From a virus: a DNA stretch of 64,000 nucleotides. The stretch lies in IMG/VR virus record IMGVR_UViG_3300021085_000019, positions 19,653 to 83,652 of that record; one strand, given 5' to 3'. Both the position numbers and the translations under genes were made by a program. Below the pieces are notes generated by a model that made no database searches, was not told the DNA's origin, and saw only the letters and a list, made by a program, of their open reading frames with translations. Numbering within the stretch: the stretch's first letter is position 1; each line of letters opens with the position of its first letter. Positions 40,015-50,166 of the stretch are shown here, in pieces.

Positions 40015-41379
40015 ATGTTTAACGCAGACAAAAACTTAATGGAAAAGTGGGCTCCGGTTCTCGAGCATGCTGATGTTCCATCAATTCAAGACGGCCATAA
40101 GGCAGCTGTTACAGCACGTCTTTTAGAGAACCAAGAAATCTCAGCAAGAGAAGAAGAAATTGCTAAGCAAGGTAACTTCCTTGGTGAAGCGGCTGCAGCT
40201 AACCACATTGGTGCTGGTAACGCTGATGCAATCAAAGGCTTTGATCCTGTATTGATCTCTCTCGTAAGAAGAGCAATGCCGAATCTTATTGCTTATGATA
40301 TTGCTGGTGTTCAGCCTATGTCAGGTCCTACTGGACTTATCTTCGCAATGAAGTCAAGATACTCAACACAAGCTGGTACTGAAGCACTATTTGACGAAGC
40401 TAATGCTTCATTCTCAGGTGACGCTTCTGTTACTCAAGAAGCTGGTCCTTCAGGTCTTGAAGCTGCTGTTGATAACGGCGACAAAGACTTAAGCACTAAC
40501 GAAACAGCTGGCGAAATCGTTTCTGACGTTGCTGGTGGTCTTTCTACTAGTGCGGCTGAGAGATTAGGCGTTGGCGAATCAGGCGACGGTGCTTTCGGTG
40601 AGATGGCTTTCTCAATCGATAAGGCTACTGTAACTGCTAAGTCAAGAGCTCTTAAAGCTGAATACACAATGGAGCTTGCTCAGGATCTTAAGGCTGTTCA
40701 CGGTCTAGATGCTGAAGGTGAGCTTGCTAACATCCTTTCTTCTGAAATCCTTGCGGAAATCAACAGAGAAGTTGTTAGAACTGTAAACAGAAAAGCTACT
40801 TTGGGTGCTGGTACATCTAACGTTGCTATCAAAGGTATCTTTAATGTAGATACTGATAGTGATGGCAGATGGTTGGCTGAAAAAGCTAAAGGTCTTATCA
40901 TGCAAATCGAAAGAGAAGCAAATGCGATCGCTAAAGCAACAAGAAGAGGAAAAGGTAACTACATTATCTGTTCTTCTGACGTAGCTTCAGTACTTGCTGC
41001 TTCTGGCATGCTTGACTATAGCCCTGCTCTTAACACTAACTTGAACGTTGATGATACTGGTAATACTTTTGCTGGTGTTCTTAACGGTAAGTTTAAAGTG
41101 TATGTTGATCCATATTCAGCAGGTGCTAACCCTGACTACGTAACAGTAGGTTATAGAGGTGCAAACCCTTATGACGCAGGTCTTTTCTACTGCCCATACG
41201 TACCATTAACAATGGTTAAAGCTCTTGGTGAGAATGATTTCCAACCAAGAATCGGCTTCAAAACTAGATACGGAATGATTGCTAACCCATTCGTTGCTGT
41301 TGACGGTACTACTGGTGCTGATAGAGCTAACCCATACTTTAGAATCTTTAGAGTAGACGGTATTATGGCTAGTGCTTAA
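40015..41379 (+). CDS. g23: Major capsid protein gp23
   Basis: LVRRAMPNLIAYD..GVQPM.GPTGLIFAM; KSRALKAEY; FQPRIGFKTRYG. Confidence 0.98.
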   Translation: MFNADKNLMEKWAPVLEHADVPSIQDGHKAAVTARLLENQEISAREEEIAKQGNFLGEAAAANHIGAGNADAIKGFDPVLISLVRRAMPNLIAYDIAGVQPMSGPTGLIFAMKSRYSTQAGTEALFDEANASFSGDASVTQEAGPSGLEAAVDNGDKDLSTNETAGEIVSDVAGGLSTSAAERLGVGESGDGAFGEMAFSIDKATVTAKSRALKAEYTMELAQDLKAVHGLDAEGELANILSSEILAEINREVVRTVNRKATLGAGTSNVAIKGIFNVDTDSDGRWLAEKAKGLIMQIEREANAIAKATRRGKGNYIICSSDVASVLAASGMLDYSPALNTNLNVDDTGNTFAGVLNGKFKVYVDPYSAGANPDYVTVGYRGANPYDAGLFYCPYVPLTMVKALGENDFQPRIGFKTRYGMIANPFVAVDGTTGADRANPYFRIFRVDGIMASA

Positions 41380-41400
41380 TCTTTAATTAGATTAAACTTA

Positions 41401-41428
41401 AGGGGACTCTTCGGAGTCCCTTTTTTTT
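41401..41428 (+). terminator. Rho-independent terminator after g23
   Basis: GGGACTC-TTCG-GAGTCCC followed by T8. Confidence 0.92.
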
Positions 41429-41446
41429 ATTTGACTTTTAAACTTG

Positions 41447-41454
41447 TATAAATA
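41447..41454 (+). promoter_or_regulatory. T4-type late promoter
   Basis: TATAAATA 5 nt before the g3 ATG (near-leaderless mRNA). Confidence 0.75.
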
Positions 41455-41459
41455 AGTGT

Positions 41460-41918
41460 ATGACTACTGCAAATAAAAACTTTTTAAGTCCCACTGGGTT
41501 TCAATTTAAAATCGATTCTACTCAATATGCAAACATTGAGTATTTTTGTACATCCGTAACTCTTCCTGATCTGTCGTTAGGTGAATCAGCAGCTCCATAT
41601 AAAGGAACTAATTTATCTTTTACTGGGGATAGAATGACTTTTGGTGATTTAACCCTTAGGTTTAATGTAACTGAAGACATGGAGAATTATGTTGAAATGT
41701 TTAACTGGATGCATAACATTATTGAAAAGGGAGATTCCTTTAAATCAGATGCAACGTTATCAATTCTAAGTAGTCACAATAACGTAACGAAAGAAATTAC
41801 ATTTAGGGATTGTTTCCCTACAAATTTATCAGCAGTAGAGTTCTCTACACAGCAAACCGATATAGAATACTTACAAGCTGATGTTACATTGAAATACACT
41901 TACTTCGATATAAAGTAG
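41460..41918 (+). CDS. g3: Tail tube terminator/completion protein gp3
   Basis: NFLSPTGF.F; F.VTEDMENY.EMFNWM; FPTNLS. Confidence 0.85.
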   Translation: MTTANKNFLSPTGFQFKIDSTQYANIEYFCTSVTLPDLSLGESAAPYKGTNLSFTGDRMTFGDLTLRFNVTEDMENYVEMFNWMHNIIEKGDSFKSDATLSILSSHNNVTKEITFRDCFPTNLSAVEFSTQQTDIEYLQADVTLKYTYFDIK

Positions 41919-41922
41919 CATA

Positions 41923-41930
41923 TATAAATA
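41923..41930 (+). promoter_or_regulatory. T4-type late promoter
   Basis: Intergenic TATAAATA before uvsY. Confidence 0.7.
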
Positions 41931-41983
41931 TATATTGTAATGCATATTGTAATGCATATTACAATGTATAAAATGGAAATATT

Positions 41984-42430
41984 ATGAATAATTTAGAACA
42001 AATACTTGAGATGTGGAAAAAAGATTCCGTCATCGATGAACTTCAATTAGATCAATCAGCACGCGATTCCGCAAAGCTTCATTCGAAGTACCTAGAACTA
42101 TACTCTGTAAACAAGCTTAGATATAAAAAGCTTGACCTGGAATTTAAAGTTTTACTTAAAGACAAGTTTATGCATTATAACGGCAAACTGAGTCAAGAAG
42201 AAATGGACTCTAAGGGTTGGGACTATGATCCATTAAATGGCCTTACTGTGTTAAAAGGTGATATGGATAAATGGTATGATGCTGATCCAGTCATTCAGGC
42301 ACATCAAGCTAAGATGCATTACACTCAAGAGCTTATAGATACATTGAAAGAAATATTAGATAATATTAAATGGCGACATCAAAACATAAAAAATATTATT
42401 GAGTGGAATAAATTTACTAGTGGAATGTAA
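41984..42430 (+). CDS. uvsY: Recombination mediator UvsY
   Basis: W.KDS.ID; LHSKYL; R...IKNIIEW.KF..G. Confidence 0.88.
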   Translation: MNNLEQILEMWKKDSVIDELQLDQSARDSAKLHSKYLELYSVNKLRYKKLDLEFKVLLKDKFMHYNGKLSQEEMDSKGWDYDPLNGLTVLKGDMDKWYDADPVIQAHQAKMHYTQELIDTLKEILDNIKWRHQNIKNIIEWNKFTSGM

Positions 42431-43938
42431 TGGATCAGATAGTAGTTAAAAAGAAAAATGAAGTCTTTTTAAGTATAGACACAGAGCCGAGCATAGAAAT
42501 GGAACTATCCGAGCATTTTTGCTTTTATGTTCCTGGATATAAGTTCATGCCGGCATATCGCAATCGTATGTGGGATGGTAAGATACGGCTATATGATTTG
42601 CGTAAACAACAGCTGTATAGTGGATTGTTTAAATATTTGTCTGAATTTGCAGACGCGCGAAATTATGAGATTGTGGTAGAAGATAATTCTGCTTTTGGTA
42701 GGCCTGATAGTACTGAGCTTCACGACATTCCCAGCTTCTTAAAAGATGTAACGCTTACGGCTAACGGAGATAGTATTACACCTAGGGATTATCAATTAGA
42801 TGCGCTCTCACACGCGCTTCATAGAAAGAGTTCTTTGTTGTTAAGTCCAACTGCATCTGGAAAAAGCTTAATAATATATTTGGCCATTAGGTATTATCTT
42901 GAAATGTATGATAAGAATGTACTAATAATCGTTCCTACTACGTCACTAGTTGAACAGATGTATTCTGATTTCGGTGATTATTCAGCAAAGGATGAATGGT
43001 CGGTTGAGGATAATTGCCATAGAATATATTCTGGTAAAGAAAGATATAACCTAAAACATAGAGTGATTATTACTACATGGCAGTCAATTTATAAGATGCA
43101 GAGCAATTGGTTTAAGGATTATGGAATGGTTGTTGGTGATGAGGCACACAATTTTAAAGCTAAGTCGCTAACTGCAATATTAGAAAAATGTGTTAACGCA
43201 CAATTTCGTATGGGTACTACTGGAACATTAGATGGTACACAAACCCATCAGCTAGTATTAGAGGGGTTGTTTGGTCCTGTACATAAGGTCACAACAACTA
43301 AAAAGTTAATTGAAGAAAATTCTTTAGCACAATTAGATATCTTCGTGTTATTGTTAAAATACGGAGAAGAGTATCGCAAACTTGTGTCAAAGATGAAATA
43401 TCAAGATGAGATTGATTTTATAGTAAAGTACGAACCAAGGAATAATTTTATATCTAACCTTGCTATGGATCAGGATGGTAATACACTTATTTTATTTCAA
43501 TTTGTAGAAAAACACGGTAAGCCACTACATAATATGTTACGCGAGAAGTTTGACGCATTACCACGTAATACTAGGAGATTATTTTATGTATCAGGAGAGA
43601 CCGACGTGGATACGAGGGAAGAGATACGAGCAATTACAGAGGAGCAGGACAACGCGATTATTGTCGCGAGTATGGGCACTTTTTCTACTGGTATTAATAT
43701 TAAGCGGCTCCATAACATTGTTTTTGCTTCACCAAGTAAGTCTCAGATTAGGGTTCTTCAAAGTATCGGAAGAGGATTAAGGAAATCTGGGGATGGTATA
43801 AATACTAAAGTGTATGATATTGCTGATGATCTTCATTGGAAAAATAAGAAAAATTATACATTAGAGCACGCAGCTGAGAGAATTAAAATATACAGTCGCG
43901 AAAAATTTGACTACAAATTACACGATATAAATATATAA
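42430..43938 (+). CDS. uvsW: SF2 DNA/RNA helicase UvsW
   Basis: PTASGKS; DEAH; GTTGT; QSIGRGLR. Confidence 0.95.
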   Translation: MDQIVVKKKNEVFLSIDTEPSIEMELSEHFCFYVPGYKFMPAYRNRMWDGKIRLYDLRKQQLYSGLFKYLSEFADARNYEIVVEDNSAFGRPDSTELHDIPSFLKDVTLTANGDSITPRDYQLDALSHALHRKSSLLLSPTASGKSLIIYLAIRYYLEMYDKNVLIIVPTTSLVEQMYSDFGDYSAKDEWSVEDNCHRIYSGKERYNLKHRVIITTWQSIYKMQSNWFKDYGMVVGDEAHNFKAKSLTAILEKCVNAQFRMGTTGTLDGTQTHQLVLEGLFGPVHKVTTTKKLIEENSLAQLDIFVLLLKYGEEYRKLVSKMKYQDEIDFIVKYEPRNNFISNLAMDQDGNTLILFQFVEKHGKPLHNMLREKFDALPRNTRRLFYVSGETDVDTREEIRAITEEQDNAIIVASMGTFSTGINIKRLHNIVFASPSKSQIRVLQSIGRGLRKSGDGINTKVYDIADDLHWKNKKNYTLEHAAERIKIYSREKFDYKLHDINI

Positions 43939-44310
43939 ATGGAAGCTATAGATATAAGACACTTTAAACTAACGAATGGCGAAGATCTAATTTGCTATGT
44001 CCAGTCGACAAATGAGCATGCCTTTATTGTAGAACGGCCTGCGGCCGTACGGGTTTCACCCGCTGGTATATGGACTTTTGCCGATTGGTTTCCATTTTCA
44101 GAAAAGAAAGTATTTAAAATAATGAAGCGGTTTGTCATTAATCATACGGAAGTAGTAGACGAAACAAAAGAGTCATATATAAAGTACTCTTGTCAAGATA
44201 TGATTAAGAAAGTTCGAGAAACAGTAGAATCGTTTGAAGAATATGGTGATGAAATTAATATTGATGAAGCCTTTGAATTTGATGCGGAAGAGAACAAAAC
44301 AATACATTAG
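43939..44310 (+). CDS. Hypothetical protein (Sm-like beta N-terminus)
   Basis: FKLTNGEDLIC motif; TATAAATA at 43926-43933 just upstream. Confidence 0.7.
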   Translation: MEAIDIRHFKLTNGEDLICYVQSTNEHAFIVERPAAVRVSPAGIWTFADWFPFSEKKVFKIMKRFVINHTEVVDETKESYIKYSCQDMIKKVRETVESFEEYGDEINIDEAFEFDAEENKTIH

Positions 44311-44340
44311 TATACCCCTACCTCACCGGTGGACTCTTAT

Positions 44341-44369
44341 ATTATATCACGCTTTTCGTGATTTGTACA
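44341..44369 (-). promoter_or_regulatory. Early-type promoter on the minus strand
   Basis: Reverse complement reads AAAAAGG-TGTACA-N17-TATAAT, with TG at the extended -10 position. Confidence 0.7.
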
Positions 44370-44414
44370 CCTTTTTATGCAAAAAAACTAAATTAATTTA
44401 AATTGAAAAAACTG

Positions 44415-44443
44415 TTTACTTTTTGAGTAAACTGTGGTATAAT
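44415..44443 (+). promoter_or_regulatory. Early promoter of g55
   Basis: A-tract, GTTTACT, 17 bp spacer, TGTGG-TATAAT; matches the T4 early consensus. Confidence 0.8.
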
Positions 44444-44464
44444 ATACCATTATAGGAGAATTAC

Positions 44465-45040
44465 ATGACTAAAAAAATCAAACCTAAAGATAAACCGCAT
44501 TATGTGAATAACAGAGATTTTTCACAAGCAGTAATGGATTACGCTGTAAAAGCTAAAGCCGCTAAAGAAGCAGGCGAACGTACTCCTATTGTTACTGATT
44601 ATATTGCCACATGTTTCATGAAAATTTCAGAAGGCCTGTCTCACAGACCGAACTTCGTTCGGTACACTTATCGTGAAGAGATGGTAATGGATGGAGTAGA
44701 AAATTGTTTAAGAGCAATTAATAATTATAAAATTGATACTGCTACAAGAACCGGTAATCCAAACGCTTTTTCTTATTTTACACAAATATGCTACTTTGCT
44801 TTTATACGTAGAATAACTAAAGAGAAAAAGCAACAAGATATTAAGTTTAAGTTCATCGAAAAGATGGGAATTGAAGACTTTGCTGCTATGGGTATGGACG
44901 ATGCAGGTGCTCAACAAACAATGGCCTATGTAGATACGCTAAGAAGCAGAATCGATCAGATTAGAACTAAAGATGCTAAGATTAAAGAGTTCGCAAAGAT
45001 TGAAAAAGAGAAAGAAAAACTAGAACTCTTTATGGTATAA
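44465..45040 (+). CDS. g55: Late sigma factor gp55
   Basis: HYVNN; LSHRPNF..YTYREEM..DG.EN; NAFSYFTQI. Confidence 0.95.
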   Translation: MTKKIKPKDKPHYVNNRDFSQAVMDYAVKAKAAKEAGERTPIVTDYIATCFMKISEGLSHRPNFVRYTYREEMVMDGVENCLRAINNYKIDTATRTGNPNAFSYFTQICYFAFIRRITKEKKQQDIKFKFIEKMGIEDFAAMGMDDAGAQQTMAYVDTLRSRIDQIRTKDAKIKEFAKIEKEKEKLELFMV

Positions 45041-45043
45041 TAT

Positions 45044-46105
45044 ATGAAAATAGCAATATTAAATGACACTCATTGTGGTGTAAGAAACTCGTCTGATATT
45101 TTTTTAAAGTATCAAGAAAGATTTTATGAGGAAATATTTTTTCCATATTTGAAAGAAAATAATATAACAAACATTCTTCATTTAGGAGATTATTATGAAC
45201 ACAGAAAATTCGTTAACTTTAAAGCACTCAATGCTAATCGTAAGCATTTTCTTGAGCCTATGCGTGATGCCGGTATTACCATGGATATTATTCCCGGAAA
45301 TCATGATGTCTATTTCAAAAACACTAACGAGTTGTGCAGCCTCAAAGAATTGCTTGGTTATTTTACCAGCAATGTAAATATAATTATGAAACCAACGGTG
45401 TTGGACTATGATGGTTTAGGCGTTGCAGTTATCCCGTGGATTAATAATGCTAACTATAAAGAGTATGTCGATTTTGCTTTAAACTGTAAAGCTCCTATTC
45501 TCGGCGCGCATTTAGAATTGGCTGGTTTTGAAATGATGGCAGGAGTAACTAATCCTCACGGAATGAATGCAGACATTTTCTCTAGGTTTGAAAAAGTATT
45601 GTCCGGACATTTCCATACAAGATCAAGTCAAGGTAATGTTGATTACTTAGGTTCCCAGTTTGAGTTTACATGGGCCGATGTCGATGATCCAAAATATTTT
45701 CACGTATTAGATACTGAAACAAGAGAAGTAGAGGCTGTCCGTAATCCTATTACTATGTTTAAAAAGATTATATACGATGATAGTAATACCGATTATACTA
45801 ATTTTGATTTTACAGATTATGAGCATAAGTTTATTAAGCTTATTGTATTGAACAAAAATGATTTATACATGTTTGATAAATTTGTCGATAAGCTACAAAG
45901 CACTGAAACGTATGAACTGAAAATTGCCGAAAGTTTTGAGGAATACTTAGGTGAAAGCGTAGAAGATGAAAAAGTATCTTTAGAGGATACAACTGAATTA
46001 TTAGATTCTTATGTAGAAGCAGTCGACACTGAACTAGATAAAGATCATTTAAAAATTGAATTGAGAAAGCTTTATACAGAAGCACAAAACTTAGAGGTAG
46101 TATGA
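45044..46105 (+). CDS. g47: Recombination nuclease gp47 (Mre11/SbcD-like)
   Basis: DTH.G; LGD; GNHD; SGHFH. Confidence 0.95.
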   Translation: MKIAILNDTHCGVRNSSDIFLKYQERFYEEIFFPYLKENNITNILHLGDYYEHRKFVNFKALNANRKHFLEPMRDAGITMDIIPGNHDVYFKNTNELCSLKELLGYFTSNVNIIMKPTVLDYDGLGVAVIPWINNANYKEYVDFALNCKAPILGAHLELAGFEMMAGVTNPHGMNADIFSRFEKVLSGHFHTRSSQGNVDYLGSQFEFTWADVDDPKYFHVLDTETREVEAVRNPITMFKKIIYDDSNTDYTNFDFTDYEHKFIKLIVLNKNDLYMFDKFVDKLQSTETYELKIAESFEEYLGESVEDEKVSLEDTTELLDSYVEAVDTELDKDHLKIELRKLYTEAQNLEVV

Positions 46106-47817
46106 TACATTTCAAAAGCGTAAGTTGGAAGAATTTTCTTTCGACTGGAAATGATACAATTAAAGTCCAATTAGATCGAACACCATCGACACTCATCGTA
46201 GGTTCTAACGGTGCAGGTAAGTCAACAATGCTAGATGCTCTGTCATTTGGACTATTTGGAAAGCCACACAGGGACATTAAAAAAGATCAGATGATTAATA
46301 GTATCAATAAGAAAGGTACTATTGTTGAAGTAGAGTTTGCTATTGGTAATTCGGATTTTAGAATCTTGAGAGGAATTAAACCTAACAAGTTTGAGATTTG
46401 GCAAAACGGAAATATGATTAACCAATCATCAAATGCTAGAGATTATCAAAAGTTCTTAGAACAGAACATACTTAAATTAAACCATAAATCATTTCATCAA
46501 GTTGTTGTATTAGGAAGTAGTTCTTTTATACCATTTATGCAACTACCAGCTTGGACACGTAGATCTGTTATCGAGGATTTATTAGATATTAATATTTTCT
46601 CAAAGATGAACATGTTACTAAAAGAACGTAACTCTAAGATTAAAGACGAACTTACTGAGATTAATCATTCTTTAGATCTATATAAAGCTAAGATGGATAC
46701 TCAAAGCAAGTATATTAAGGATCTACAAGCAATTAATAAAGATATGATTGCGTCAAAGCAAGGTTCAGTAGAATCCTATGAGGAAGATGTTAAGACTCTT
46801 GTTGGTGAATCTGCTGAACTAGGTAAAAACCTAGATACATTGACAGAGATTGAAAGCGATAGGCATGATGAACTATCTAAGAAAGTTTCTGACATTAAAT
46901 CTGAGGATAGAGTGTTTAAGTCAAAGATTAAAGATCTTGTAACTGAAGCTAAATTCTTCGAAGACAATCAGCATTGTCCTACGTGTGATCAAGATATAGA
47001 TGTGTCTATCAAAGAGTCTAAATTAGCTAAGATTAAAGAAGCTGCAGCAGAAATTCAAAGGGGTATGAAAGATCTTGCCGAAGAAAATGACGCATGCGCT
47101 GTACAGTTAACTGAATGCCAAGATAATATGAAAGAGTTAGTTGCTAAGCAAAGACAAATAAACTCTAATAACGATAAGATTAATTTAATTCAAAAAGAGA
47201 TTGAAAAGATCCAAAAGGAAATTACAAATTTATTACAATCGTCAGGAGATATTAAAACCGCTAAAGATGAACTTGAAACTCTTCGCGATGGTAAAGACAC
47301 AATGACCGAGAAAAAACTAGAATATGTAGAAGAGCGCACGTACAATGAAGTTATAGGCGAGATGTTGAAAGATACGGGCATAAAAACGAAGGTTATTAAG
47401 CAGTATCTTCCAGTTATGAATAGGCTTATCAATCAATACTTACAAGTGCTAGACTTCTTTGTTGCATTCCATCTAGATGAAAACTTCACAGAGACTATTA
47501 GATCGCGTCATAGAGATGCATTTAACTATGCATCATTTAGTGAAGGTGAAAAGCAAAGAATTGACCTATCACTATTGTTTACGTGGAGACAGATTGCTAA
47601 GATGAAAAATTCTGCATCTACTAATTTACTCATTCTAGACGAAACCTTTGATTCTTCATTAGATCATGATGGTATTGACAATCTAACAAAAATACTAAAT
47701 ACGTTAGAAGATGGCACTAATGTCTTTATTATATCGCATAAAGGGGACATTTTAGAGAATAAGTTTAGATCTAAGATCGAGTTTATCAAAGAAAGAAACT
47801 TCTCTAAGATTAAGTAA
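46102..47817 (+). CDS. g46: Recombination ATPase gp46 (Rad50/SbcC-like)
   Basis: GSNGAGKS; CPTC zinc hook; FSEGEK; LILDE. Confidence 0.96.
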   Translation: MIHFKSVSWKNFLSTGNDTIKVQLDRTPSTLIVGSNGAGKSTMLDALSFGLFGKPHRDIKKDQMINSINKKGTIVEVEFAIGNSDFRILRGIKPNKFEIWQNGNMINQSSNARDYQKFLEQNILKLNHKSFHQVVVLGSSSFIPFMQLPAWTRRSVIEDLLDINIFSKMNMLLKERNSKIKDELTEINHSLDLYKAKMDTQSKYIKDLQAINKDMIASKQGSVESYEEDVKTLVGESAELGKNLDTLTEIESDRHDELSKKVSDIKSEDRVFKSKIKDLVTEAKFFEDNQHCPTCDQDIDVSIKESKLAKIKEAAAEIQRGMKDLAEENDACAVQLTECQDNMKELVAKQRQINSNNDKINLIQKEIEKIQKEITNLLQSSGDIKTAKDELETLRDGKDTMTEKKLEYVEERTYNEVIGEMLKDTGIKTKVIKQYLPVMNRLINQYLQVLDFFVAFHLDENFTETIRSRHRDAFNYASFSEGEKQRIDLSLLFTWRQIAKMKNSASTNLLILDETFDSSLDHDGIDNLTKILNTLEDGTNVFIISHKGDILENKFRSKIEFIKERNFSKIK

Positions 47818-47896
47818 TTTCGAGTCCTTATTCCGAAAAGTTATAAGCTTATAATAAATACGTATAAAAAATATATACTTTTTTTTAAAAAAAGTG

Positions 47897-47925
47897 TGTA
47901 CAAACACCTCAAAACTTAGTATAAT
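47897..47925 (+). promoter_or_regulatory. Early promoter
   Basis: A-tract, TGTACA-N17-TATAAT. Confidence 0.8.
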
Positions 47926-47953
47926 GGTACCATATTAAAGATAAGGAGTTAAT

Positions 47954-50065
47954 ATGTACGACAATTCAAGCTTACCCAAACTACTGGCGAAAGAGAATAT
48001 CTCTATTCGTCACGGCAACTATCAAACCCCTTGGTTTGACATCAAGAACCGTGTTCTCGGTCTTCCTCTCTGGAAGGATATGGGTAAAGACGTTTATGAT
48101 CTATTTGTTGGTCATGAAGTTGGTCATGCATTAGAAACTCCATATGAAGGATGGCACGACAGCCCTGAAAAACTTCAAGGCTGTCCACGTTCTTATATTA
48201 ACGTTATTGAAGATGCTAGAATCGAAAGAAAAATCAAAGCTAGATATCCTGGTTTAGTTGGTCCTTTTAGTAGAGCTTATGCTACACTATATGATGACAA
48301 CTTCTTTTCTACTGATGATCTAGATCTTACAAAACTTAGAATCATTGATAAAATTAATCTTCAAGCTAAAGTTGGTGTTCACGTTGATATCGACTTCAAC
48401 GACGAAGAACAAGTGTTTATGGATAGAGCAATGTCGACTAATGACTTTCAAGAAGTCTTAGAATTAGTTAAAGACATTGTTGAGTATGATAAGCAATTCG
48501 ATGACGAAGATGAAGAACCAAATGCTCCTGAAGATGATAATGAAGAGCAACTTGACGAGCCTCAGTTCAATGATGATAGCAACGACGGTCAAGGAGATAA
48601 CGAGTCAGAAAAAGAAGACGAAACTCCAAACTCATCAGGAGATGATGACGACGAAGAAGAAGAGTCGGAAGAAGAACAAGAAGTTTCTGCTTCTAAAGGA
48701 GCTGACGGTAAACTTTCTATTACTGACGAAGCTTTTAGAAATAACGAAAGTTCTTTACTTGACACAAACGAAAATGGACAACAAACTCTAACTTTGTCTG
48801 ACATTAATAAAGAAATAAGAAAAAGAATTGTTATTGACAACAAAACTCTACAAGAAGAAAGAGATTATAAGATCGAAAACGCTGCAGATTACGTTAAAGA
48901 CAGTATTGCTATGGCAATGGCTGAATATGGTTCATATATGAAAAGCGCAAACAGATCTGTTGCAGTCGCTGTAAAAGAGTTTGAAATGAGAAAAGCTGCG
49001 GTTCAATGGCAAAAAGCTTCAACCGCAAAGACAGGAATTATTGACGTTAATAAATTGTTTTCTTATAAAACAAATGACGATATATTCTTGCAAACGACAA
49101 GACTACACGATGCTAAGAATCACGGAATGATGATGCTTATCGATTATTCTGGATCTATGTCTGAGTCACTTCAACATGTACTAGATCAATTAATTCACTT
49201 AGTGTTATTCTGTAAGAAAGTAAATATTCCTTTTGAAGTTTATGCTTTTACTACTACGAATCAATCAATCGATTCTTGGGATTTAAGAAATCAAGGTTTA
49301 CTGTTTGATGGCGATTTAGATTTAGATAATCTCTCAATGCCATTGTTAATTTCGTCAAAGCTTAAAAAGCCAGACTTTGAAAAAGCACTTACTTCTTTAT
49401 ACTTAAGATCGAAAATTGGTGGTTGGAGTGGTAGAGACATCATCTCTAATCACGAAGATTGGGGTTCTACTCCACTAGATCAAGCTTTAATTATGTCACA
49501 TCATCTAGTTAAAGAATTTAAATCTAAGAATCAAGTAGAAAAAATGAATCTAGTTGTGTTCTCTGACGGAGAATCAAATGGAATAAGAGGTTACTCTGAC
49601 AACTCTATTGATAAAGTTCCGACTAATCATGGTTATAGTTCGATCAACATAATGGTTGACGGCAAACTAGTTAAAGCCGAAGGTAGAAAATATACAACAA
49701 AGGCATTACTTGAAAACCTAAGATCAAGATACAACATTAACTGTATCGGATTCTTTATGGCTGATAACAATAGAATGTTCAACACTAAAGTTGATGATAT
49801 CGTCGGTGTGACTTGGGCTGAAGATTCTAGGAGAGAAGCTCAAAAAGAGTATAGAAAAAATAAGTGTGTTGTTAGAACAAATGCATTAGGATACAACGAG
49901 TTTTACTTGATCAAAGGCGGAAATCAACTTGCGACTGACGACGACGAATTTGATGTGAATTCAGACCAAACTAGAGGTCAAATGGCAAGCGCGTTTAAAA
50001 AGTACTCAAAGAGTAAGAAGCAAAACAAGGTTCTTATGACCACTTTCGGTAGAGCAGTTGCATAA
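47954..50065 (+). CDS. Metallopeptidase-like plus VWA domain protein (CobT-like partner)
   Basis: HEVGH and NVIEDARIE; acidic linker; MIDAS DYSGS...T...SDGE. Confidence 0.8.
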   Translation: MYDNSSLPKLLAKENISIRHGNYQTPWFDIKNRVLGLPLWKDMGKDVYDLFVGHEVGHALETPYEGWHDSPEKLQGCPRSYINVIEDARIERKIKARYPGLVGPFSRAYATLYDDNFFSTDDLDLTKLRIIDKINLQAKVGVHVDIDFNDEEQVFMDRAMSTNDFQEVLELVKDIVEYDKQFDDEDEEPNAPEDDNEEQLDEPQFNDDSNDGQGDNESEKEDETPNSSGDDDDEEEESEEEQEVSASKGADGKLSITDEAFRNNESSLLDTNENGQQTLTLSDINKEIRKRIVIDNKTLQEERDYKIENAADYVKDSIAMAMAEYGSYMKSANRSVAVAVKEFEMRKAAVQWQKASTAKTGIIDVNKLFSYKTNDDIFLQTTRLHDAKNHGMMMLIDYSGSMSESLQHVLDQLIHLVLFCKKVNIPFEVYAFTTTNQSIDSWDLRNQGLLFDGDLDLDNLSMPLLISSKLKKPDFEKALTSLYLRSKIGGWSGRDIISNHEDWGSTPLDQALIMSHHLVKEFKSKNQVEKMNLVVFSDGESNGIRGYSDNSIDKVPTNHGYSSINIMVDGKLVKAEGRKYTTKALLENLRSRYNINCIGFFMADNNRMFNTKVDDIVGVTWAEDSRREAQKEYRKNKCVVRTNALGYNEFYLIKGGNQLATDDDEFDVNSDQTRGQMASAFKKYSKSKKQNKVLMTTFGRAVA

Positions 50066-50102
50066 TACTGCTAAAAAATATATACTTTTTTTCAAAAAAG
50101 TG

Positions 50103-50131
50103 TGTACAAAGCCGCTGAAACTTGGTATAAT
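50103..50131 (+). promoter_or_regulatory. Early promoter
   Basis: A-tract, TGTACA-N17-TATAAT with TGG extension. Confidence 0.8.
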
Positions 50132-50166
50132 ATAACCTGAATTAATAATTGATAAGGAACTACATT

